From IMG/VR virus record IMGVR_UViG_3300028048_003164, positions 1 through 64,000 of that record: a stretch of 64,000 nucleotides of DNA. One strand, written 5' to 3'. Source of the stretch: a virus (Duplodnaviria > Caudoviricetes). Below are positions 29,273 through 36,388 of the stretch, in pieces. Made by a program: the position numbers and the translations under genes. Every line of letters starts with the position of its first letter. Position 1 is the first letter of the stretch. Below the pieces are notes generated by a model. It had not been told where the DNA came from and searched no databases. It saw only the letters and a list, made by a program, of their open reading frames with translations.

Positions 29273-29575
29273 ATGGCAGGAGAAACAACAATAGCAAGAG
29301 AACGGGGTGTTAGCTCATTGATTGCACGAAATGCCGTGACAAATTCTACACAGCGTTTGCAAGGGTGGAACAATACATATGCACCGAAAAACAAAAAGGT
29401 AAAAGTGCTTGACTGGCTCCGAGATAATGATTTTCATATTGGGGAGACAGAAGAGGACTTGATAGGAGGTCAGACTTTTGGTGAATACAGATTTGATAGT
29501 GCTCATGATGCACTTGATACGTTTATTCGTGATGCGATTTACGATGGAGCAAATAGTTTAAAACGGAAAAGATAA
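29273..29575 (+). CDS. ARE-leader protein 8
   Basis: MAGETTIARERGVSSL (start re-called at 29273). Confidence 0.8.
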   Translation: MAGETTIARERGVSSLIARNAVTNSTQRLQGWNNTYAPKNKKVKVLDWLRDNDFHIGETEEDLIGGQTFGEYRFDSAHDALDTFIRDAIYDGANSLKRKR

Positions 29576-29579
29576 GAAT

Positions 29580-29801
29580 ATGGCAAAGGAAGTTTATATC
29601 AGTAGCAGAACAAGAAGTTTTGCGAATCGTGAGGAAGCAAGGCGTAATGGGTTAAGTACAATGGAGCAGGCTGTAAGGGCCCGTGCTTACTCGCTACAGC
29701 GGAGGTACGGAAATATATCGGGCAATCAGCCTTACGTCCCTGCCAATGAGCAGAGGAACAATACAAGGATAAGGCGAGCCGTAGACAGAATGCTCGGTTA
29801 A
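29580..29801 (+). CDS. Arg-rich protein with degenerate leader
   Basis: MAKEVYISSRT; C-terminus resembles that of 26716..26991. Confidence 0.65.
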   Translation: MAKEVYISSRTRSFANREEARRNGLSTMEQAVRARAYSLQRRYGNISGNQPYVPANEQRNNTRIRRAVDRMLG

Positions 29802-29821
29802 AAGAGAAAGGAGGTAACATT

Positions 29822-30424
29822 ATGGCAAGTGAAGTCTATAAATCACGTGAGAGTTCCGTCAATCCTATAAATGCAGAGGGTAGGGCGGTAAGACTGAAAT
29901 CCGACGGTCTGCCCGAAGGTACGCACTTTCACAAGATGCGTGTAGACGGTTCTTTCCAAGGTATGATAGACTTCGCTGACCGAAAGATTGTTCTTGTGAA
30001 CATTAACGGTGTGGATATTCCGTTCTATCTCTCTACGGGGCAAGGACGCAAATACAGTGTGGAAAGCGGCAAGTGGTATCCGTTCTTTGGCTTAGACCCC
30101 GACGGGTGGTTCAACAAAGGCTCGGAGGGTGATATCAACGACTACTACGGAAGTGTTAATCTGCGCAACGTAGCGCAGGCACTTGATAAGAAGTGGGGTG
30201 ATATTCGCAGCACGCCAAAAGGGAAGAAAGTGGCTTATCGTTTCAAGGATGATCCCGAGCAGTATGAGTCTATCCGTTCGCAAGTGAACAGAGACATGGA
30301 AAAGCCCGTATATCGAGTTGACCACAGGGGGCAGAAGCTCGATTATGCCGAGGCGAGAGCGAATCGGAACGATAAGAATTATTATGAAAGAATAAAAAGA
30401 ATAATTAAAAAGATAGGAGGCTAA
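29822..30424 (+). CDS. ARE-leader protein 9 (SRE variant)
   Basis: MASEVYKSRESSVNPIN; body PFYLSTG...GKWYPFFG...WFNK. Confidence 0.8.
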   Translation: MASEVYKSRESSVNPINAEGRAVRLKSDGLPEGTHFHKMRVDGSFQGMIDFADRKIVLVNINGVDIPFYLSTGQGRKYSVESGKWYPFFGLDPDGWFNKGSEGDINDYYGSVNLRNVAQALDKKWGDIRSTPKGKKVAYRFKDDPEQYESIRSQVNRDMEKPVYRVDHRGQKLDYAEARANRNDKNYYERIKRIIKKIGG

Positions 30425-30425
30425 C

Positions 30426-30863
30426 ATGGCAGCAGAAACTACAGTTGCACGGGAAGGTCGTGTTAATCCAGTGAATTCAGTAGGTGTGGCAAGTCGCACA
30501 AAAGAAAGGGCGGAAAGGGTTATAAGCGATTTTCGCTCGAAGTATCGGACATCGTTCGCTACCATGAGCGGCATTCCACAAGCGAAGTCGAACTTTGTCT
30601 ATAGTTTGACAGAGAAAAAGAGAAGGGAGCAATTCCCGTTCTTGGATAATACAGGCAACGAGGATAAAGAGAGAGCTTTCGACTATGTGGCAGGAGGTGC
30701 TGTCAAGGGCGGAGCGAAGGAAGTGGCAAAAGCCCTTAATGCCTCTGGATTAGGAGACAGATGGAAGGCTGTAAGGGAAGAGAAGGATTTGATGGAACTT
30801 CGCAGTACAGACCCGTGGGGAAACGAGCATAGAATGATTATAAAACCAAGAAAAAATAAGTGA
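30426..30863 (+). CDS. ARE-leader protein 10
   Basis: MAAETTVAREGRVNPVN. Confidence 0.8.
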   Translation: MAAETTVAREGRVNPVNSVGVASRTKERAERVISDFRSKYRTSFATMSGIPQAKSNFVYSLTEKKRREQFPFLDNTGNEDKERAFDYVAGGAVKGGAKEVAKALNASGLGDRWKAVREEKDLMELRSTDPWGNEHRMIIKPRKNK

Positions 30864-30864
30864 T

Positions 30865-31062
30865 ATGAGTTACGACAAGCAGATCAACACCCGTCTCGCC
30901 CCATTCGGGCTGACGGTGAAAGACCTCACGGCAGACGAGTTGAAACGGGCACGTGAGGAACAGAAAGAGCGGAATAAAGGGTTTCTGCTCACAGATGGTG
31001 TACTGACAAGTCGGGAAATTCTATCAAGGGCATTAAAGAAAGGGGTTAAACATGGCAGGTGA
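30865..31062 (+). CDS. Small hypothetical protein without leader
   Basis: Coupled ORF. Confidence 0.6.
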   Translation: MSYDKQINTRLAPFGLTVKDLTADELKRAREEQKERNKGFLLTDGVLTSREILSRALKKGVKHGR

Positions 31063-31369
31063 AGTGATGAAGGCAAGAGAAGCCCGTGTTATGGGACTTC
31101 GATCAAGGAATGCTATTGGCGGTAGAACAGATAGGGCGCACGGACGGGCGACTTGGCCTGCACTGAACGGAAGAGATAAAACGCAGAAGTTTGAAGGCGG
31201 GTATGATTCGTACCTCACCCATCTACAACGTTCTGGTGGCTTTTCTAACGTCATCAATACTGACTACGACAAAGCCCTTTTGCGCCACGAAAAGGAAGGT
31301 ACGCTCACACCAAAAGAGCGTGATGCATTGATTACTTTGAAGTATAGAAAGAAACATATGGGCTTTTGA
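31052..31369 (+). CDS. ARE-leader protein 11
   Basis: MAGEVMKAREARVMGL. Confidence 0.75.
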   Translation: MAGEVMKAREARVMGLRSRNAIGGRTDRAHGRATWPALNGRDKTQKFEGGYDSYLTHLQRSGGFSNVINTDYDKALLRHEKEGTLTPKERDALITLKYRKKHMGF

Positions 31370-31409
31370 GCTACAATACCACATGCGCCGAGAAAGGCGC
31401 ACACAACGC

Positions 31410-31445
31410 AAAGGAACGGCAAGTTAGCCGCTCCTTTTCTTTTTT
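31410..31445 (+). terminator. Intrinsic terminator closing the array
   Basis: aaaggaacggc/gccgctccttt stem plus T-run. Confidence 0.75.
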
Positions 31446-31540
31446 AGACGGATTGAACCGATACAAAAATACAAAAATATTTGGTAACTAAATACATTTT
31501 TCCTAATTTTGCAGCATAATAAAGGATAACATAAGAGTAT

Positions 31541-34500
31541 ATGGAGACAAAATTGCTGCCGATAGGACAGGTGTTCCCAAATATAGGGCAGGTGAAGGGG
31601 TTGCCTAAAAACCCACGTTTCATTCGTGACGAAAAATACAGGAAACTTGTACAGAGTATTAAAGACGACCCGGAGATGCTGGAACTTCGGGAACTCATCG
31701 TGTATGACACCGGCGATCCTTCCCTCGGATATGTGGTGGCTGGCGGTAACATGCGTTACCGTGCCATGAAGGAACTCGGTTTTAAGGAGGTGCCTTGCAA
31801 GGTCTTGCATACGGGGTTTCCGATAGACAAGCTGCGTCGTATCGTGCTGAAGGACAACTCCTCTTTCGGTGAGACGGACTTTCAGTTGCTCATTGACGAA
31901 TGGTCAATGGACGAGATAGAACTCGCGGCTATTGATATTCCCGAAATCGGAGATGCCGTGGAGGACAATACCGAGGAAGCCCCTACACCGCAGGAGGAAA
32001 GCACCGTAGAGGAGGATGATGACTTTGAGCAGGATGATGTGCTTGAAGATGACATTGTCAAAGAGGGCGACCTTTGGAAACTCGGAAGGCATATGCTGCT
32101 ATGTGGCGACTCTACGAAGCAGGAATGCGTAAGCAGGCTATTCCCCAATGGGGAGCAGGCAGACCTTTGGCTTACCGATCCGCCTTATAATGTAGCCTAC
32201 GGGTATGAGGAAAGTGGAAAGCAGCGCGCTGACGGTCTTGTTGTCCTTAACGACAAGATGAGCAACGATAATTTTGAGCTTTTCCTGACCGATGCCTTTA
32301 CCGAGGCAAAGGCGAACCTTAAGGCTGGCGGCACATACTACATTTTCCATTCCGACTCCTACTCTTTCTACTTTAGGAAGGCTCTTATCAATATCGGTGA
32401 CATGGACTTGCGGCAGAACCTTATCTGGAACAAGAACAGCCTTGTCCTTGGAAGGCAGGACTATCACTGGAAACATGAGCCATGTCAGCCAGCAGGTACG
32501 CTTGTACAGACGATAGAAGGTATCAAGCCAATAGAGACCCTAACAAATAGAGACAGGGTTATTTCTTATGATTCGCTTAGTGGTCAGGTCGTCGGATATA
32601 GAAACGGGGGTTATGCTATAGAAACGGCAAGCAGACACTACAATGGGCTGTTGTATTCCATTTCTGTAGGAGAACATACCACAAAAGCGACAGACAACCA
32701 TGATTTCAGCATACGTTTCAATGGCAATTGCAAGAAAGCGTATTGCACTTATCTTATGCGTCGTGGTGATTGGTGGCGCGTTGGGCATACAAGAGCTTAC
32801 GATGCACGTCAGTTTGGGTTAAAAAGCCGACTTTCACAAGAGAAGGCGGAGGAAGCTTGGCTTATTGAAATGTACGACAATAGGCTTGATGCCCAAGTAG
32901 GTGAGCAAATCTTGGCGGTTAAATATGGTATACCTTATACCCATTGGGAGGTTGAGAGATGGATGACTGTCACGGAAAATGTACGGAATGAAAAGCAGAT
33001 AGCGGATATTTATGATGCGTTGGACTTGGAATTGTTAAGAGAAAATGCGTATCGTTTACTGCATGACTTTGGACGTTCGGAGCGTTTCCCGCTAATAACC
33101 AAACTGACTGTTGGACAGCGTTTCAGCACAAGGGTGACGGCTAAAATCAACGCTTGTAACCTTATCCCTGAACTGATGCAGGTGCCTATACCTACTGGCA
33201 ACGGGAAGGATAACCCAAATTTTACTTGGGAGGTTATAGAAAAGGTTGATTATAAGCCATTTGAAGGCATGGTATATTCCCTTGCCGTGGAGAAACATCA
33301 TCATTATATCGCAGACGGAATAATTACGCACAATTGCTTGTACGGTTGGAAGGACGGGGCAGCACACAACTGGTACTCCGACCGTAAACAATCGACCGTG
33401 ATAGATTGGGACAGGCCGACGAAATCGGTACTTCACCCTTGTCTTGACCCAACAACGCTCGTTATGACTATAGCGGGGTACAAGCCTATAGGCGAGGTTC
33501 AGAAGGGAGAGAAGGTTCTTGCAGGAGACGGTCGTTTCCATGACGTAGAATTTGTTTCCCGACATCCATACAACGAGCCGATATATAATATAAGGGCTGA
33601 AGGCTCAAATATCTATGACCGCGCAACTCATAACCATCCCTACCTCATTGCTCGCCGCAAAAAAGACGGGACATTTGATGTCGGCTTTATAAATGCTGAC
33701 AAACTGAAAAATGGTGACTATCTCATGACACCGCAAGTGGCTCATGGCTCGGAATCGCCCGTTACCGAGCTTGATGCATGGTGCTATGGTTTATGGCTTG
33801 CACAGGGAAGCATTCAGAAAGCAGGACATGGAGAAAACGAGTACCCTGTATTCTCTATCGATTCAAGAAAGAACGAATTAGAGGAAAAACTTTTCCTATG
33901 GGGTGGAGAAAAAGCCAAGACATATCCAAATGGTAGTGGAAATGGCATAAAAGTTATGGTCTTTGACAACGACAAGGCAAAGGATTGTGTAAAACTTTGC
34001 GGAAAGCATGCGGAGCACAAGACTGTATCCGAAGAGGTGTTCACTTGGAGTGAGGGATTACGTCGAGCTTTCTTTGAAGGGTATATGGCAGGTGACGGAT
34101 GTGTTATAAGCACCCGAGGATATCGCCATTCAAAAAGTGTCTCCATCGCCCTTGCATCACAAATCCGCTACATTGCGGAATCGTTAGGCTACCGCACGTC
34201 TTTCTATAAACGAGATCCGAAGGAAGGGGCTGGTATTGGTGATAGAAAATTCAAAACGATGCGCATATGCTATAGTACCGATTACAGGAAAGCAGAGGGA
34301 AATAAAATATTAGAGCCTTTTGAATATGAAGGTGTGAAGTATATACTGCGTCGTGTTGTCGATATAAAGACAGAGCCTTACGATGCTGATGTTGTGAACC
34401 TCTCCGTTGAGGGTAACCATACATTCCAAACGGTGAATGGTTGTACCCACAACACGATGAAACCCGTCGGCCTTTTCGGTTATCTTATGAAGAACTCTTC

Positions 34501-34747
34501 CAAGAAGGGCGATGTCGTCTATGACGGGTTCGGCGGAAGCGGAACGACGCTTATTGCCGCCGAGCAGCTTGGACGCAGCGCACGCGTTTGTGAGCTTTCA
34601 CCCCATTACGTGAAGGTTATAATTTTCCGCTACATTAAGCTGCGCGGCAATTATGCCGATGTATTCAGAATCAATCCAGACGGCACGCAGACGAATATCA
34701 TGGAAATCTTTACGAAAGAGGAACTTGACAATTTGTGTAATACATAA
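31541..34747 (+). CDS. ParB-N plus N4/N6 DNA methyltransferase with two inteins
   Basis: KNPR...GGNMRY; GDLWKLGRHMLLCGDST; TDPPYN; HP/TMKP; DGFGGSGTT. Confidence 0.92.
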   Translation: METKLLPIGQVFPNIGQVKGLPKNPRFIRDEKYRKLVQSIKDDPEMLELRELIVYDTGDPSLGYVVAGGNMRYRAMKELGFKEVPCKVLHTGFPIDKLRRIVLKDNSSFGETDFQLLIDEWSMDEIELAAIDIPEIGDAVEDNTEEAPTPQEESTVEEDDDFEQDDVLEDDIVKEGDLWKLGRHMLLCGDSTKQECVSRLFPNGEQADLWLTDPPYNVAYGYEESGKQRADGLVVLNDKMSNDNFELFLTDAFTEAKANLKAGGTYYIFHSDSYSFYFRKALINIGDMDLRQNLIWNKNSLVLGRQDYHWKHEPCQPAGTLVQTIEGIKPIETLTNRDRVISYDSLSGQVVGYRNGGYAIETASRHYNGLLYSISVGEHTTKATDNHDFSIRFNGNCKKAYCTYLMRRGDWWRVGHTRAYDARQFGLKSRLSQEKAEEAWLIEMYDNRLDAQVGEQILAVKYGIPYTHWEVERWMTVTENVRNEKQIADIYDALDLELLRENAYRLLHDFGRSERFPLITKLTVGQRFSTRVTAKINACNLIPELMQVPIPTGNGKDNPNFTWEVIEKVDYKPFEGMVYSLAVEKHHHYIADGIITHNCLYGWKDGAAHNWYSDRKQSTVIDWDRPTKSVLHPCLDPTTLVMTIAGYKPIGEVQKGEKVLAGDGRFHDVEFVSRHPYNEPIYNIRAEGSNIYDRATHNHPYLIARRKKDGTFDVGFINADKLKNGDYLMTPQVAHGSESPVTELDAWCYGLWLAQGSIQKAGHGENEYPVFSIDSRKNELEEKLFLWGGEKAKTYPNGSGNGIKVMVFDNDKAKDCVKLCGKHAEHKTVSEEVFTWSEGLRRAFFEGYMAGDGCVISTRGYRHSKSVSIALASQIRYIAESLGYRTSFYKRDPKEGAGIGDRKFKTMRICYSTDYRKAEGNKILEPFEYEGVKYILRRVVDIKTEPYDADVVNLSVEGNHTFQTVNGCTHNTMKPVGLFGYLMKNSSKKGDVVYDGFGGSGTTLIAAEQLGRSARVCELSPHYVKVIIFRYIKLRGNYADVFRINPDGTQTNIMEIFTKEELDNLCNT
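32483..33334 (+). mobile_element. Intein 1 (284 aa), non-LAGLIDADG core
   Basis: HEP/CQPAGT ... TDNH ... ITHN/CLYGWK. Confidence 0.9.
33440..34453 (+). mobile_element. Intein 2 (338 aa), LAGLIDADG type
   Basis: LHP/CLDPTT ... THNHP ... YGLWLAQGS, FEGYMAGDG ... THN/TMKP. Confidence 0.9.
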
Positions 34748-34778
34748 ATAAGAGATAAAAAACGGAATTTTTTAATAT

Positions 34779-35276
34779 ATGAGTATGGACGAAGAGTTAA
34801 AACTAAACAAGAAAGGCGACCGGAGAGGAATGACCGAAGGTTCCAAGAAGGGGCAGGAGCATATCAAGCCCCGCTGGAAGCCCGGTGAGTCCGGAAACCC
34901 GAAAGGCAGGCCGAAAAGCCGTGTGAAGGAGCTGATGGAAGGTCTTCTGACAGTAAAGCAGGTCAAGGAGAATACGATGCTTGATGACAGTGAGATTCAA
35001 GCTATCGAGCTGATGGTTCTTTCCCTTGATACGACCGCCTTACAGGCAATTGCAAAGAGTGAGAAGACACCAGTCTATATGCGTACCCTTGCGATGGCTG
35101 CAATGTGGGATATGAAGAATGGGAAAACGGGAACGATGAACCTTCTTCGTGACCGTCAGTTCGGTGCGGTTAAGAAGCAGGTGGACGTTACCACCAACGG
35201 AGAGAGCATGGCTCCGCAGTCAATGACCCCTGACGAGGCGAAAGAATGGCTGAAACGAATCGAAGAAAGCTGCTGA
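34779..35276 (+). CDS. Terminase small subunit-like (DUF5681 motif)
   Basis: WKPGESGNPKGRPK and VDVTTNGE; upstream of large terminase. Confidence 0.75.
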   Translation: MSMDEELKLNKKGDRRGMTEGSKKGQEHIKPRWKPGESGNPKGRPKSRVKELMEGLLTVKQVKENTMLDDSEIQAIELMVLSLDTTALQAIAKSEKTPVYMRTLAMAAMWDMKNGKTGTMNLLRDRQFGAVKKQVDVTTNGESMAPQSMTPDEAKEWLKRIEESC

Positions 35277-35277
35277 T

Positions 35278-35619
35278 ATGGGTAAAGAAAGATATATCCG
35301 TATTGGAGCTATCCCAAAAGATGAGAAATCGAAAGTATGGCGAGGCGGTGTTCAAGTCGGAGAGGAAATAGGTGTGTCATGCTATGATGCTCTGTTTTCG
35401 CACGGCAAATGGAATATTGTCATACCGTCACCAATTAACGAATCGAAGGTGTCAACTCTTTACGGGCTGTTGTCGCAGCTTGGATTGCTTTACAAGGTGG
35501 ATGACCCACAAAGAGCATACCTCGTTGAGGGAGACTATGTAGGAAATGGAGCGGACGGTGAGCCGCTTCTGAGAAACGTAAGGATTGTAGAGGATATAAC
35601 AGATGATTTGGCTGTATGA
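35278..35619 (+). CDS. Hypothetical protein
   Basis: YIRIG..P...EIGVSCY...GADGEPLL. Confidence 0.65.
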   Translation: MGKERYIRIGAIPKDEKSKVWRGGVQVGEEIGVSCYDALFSHGKWNIVIPSPINESKVSTLYGLLSQLGLLYKVDDPQRAYLVEGDYVGNGADGEPLLRNVRIVEDITDDLAV

Positions 35620-35996
35620 AAAAACTAAAGTTTGCCGTTCCACTCTATGACATCAATATTACCCTTGTTCAAGTAGAGTCGCCAGATGATGCGGACGATG
35701 TAAAAGCCTGCTGTGAGGAAATAGAACTGCTCCCAGAAGATGCGGAGGCGACATTGGAGTTCGTAAAGCAGGACAAGTGCGATGGCGGCGATACGTGGCG
35801 GAATTTTGATAAAGGGCAAATGTTAGTAATCTTTTATCGGATGACGAACGGAAGAATAAAGAGGAATCGTTACGGGCACGAGAAACGGCACGTGGAGGAC
35901 AGGATACTCCAATGGTGCGGAGTGAACGACATAGAGTCTGCTGCGTATCTCGCAGGATTCCTTTCCGAGCAGTTCGATGATTTCTATTTCAAATGA
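35616..35996 (+). CDS. HExxH zincin-like protein
   Basis: HEKRH...ESAAYL. Confidence 0.55.
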   Translation: MKKLKFAVPLYDINITLVQVESPDDADDVKACCEEIELLPEDAEATLEFVKQDKCDGGDTWRNFDKGQMLVIFYRMTNGRIKRNRYGHEKRHVEDRILQWCGVNDIESAAYLAGFLSEQFDDFYFK

Positions 35997-36388
35997 AAAA
36001 GGGGAAAATATACGAGTTTGACCCTATTCTCTATCCTCGTCTGTTGTGGATAGTCAAAGGTTCGGGGGATTTCGTCAGGGAACACTTTCGCAAGAAGGGA
36101 GGTGACGAACTGACGGAAGACGACGTGGATATGCGCTATGTCGATTCGTGGGTATGCAAGTGCGAGCGGAAATCCGACAACAGGCTCGGTATCGTTTTCT
36201 TTTTTGACACAGGGTTAGAGGCTAAACAGCTTGTTCACGAATGCTATCACGCCCTTACGGCATTTGTCAGCGAGATTAACGCCGACCTCCCAGACTATGA
36301 CAGTGACGGGATGGAGGAGTTTGCGGCATACTTGATAGAGTGGATTTTCGATTGCTGTTGGAAGGTAAAGCAAGGTAAGGTGAAATGA
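35993..36388 (+). CDS. HExxH zincin-like protein
   Basis: HECYH...EEFAAYL. Confidence 0.6.
   Translation: MKKGKIYEFDPILYPRLLWIVKGSGDFVREHFRKKGGDELTEDDVDMRYVDSWVCKCERKSDNRLGIVFFFDTGLEAKQLVHECYHALTAFVSEINADLPDYDSDGMEEFAAYLIEWIFDCCWKVKQGKVK

Noticed and set aside
24196-31369. Integron-like cassette array or DGR as the explanation of the shared leader
   Set aside because: Spacers are mostly a few nt with no attC-like repeats, no reverse transcriptase seen, and leader DNA diverges at synonymous sites
24196-31369. Sec or lipoprotein signal peptide interpretation of the leader
   Set aside because: No hydrophobic core or lipobox
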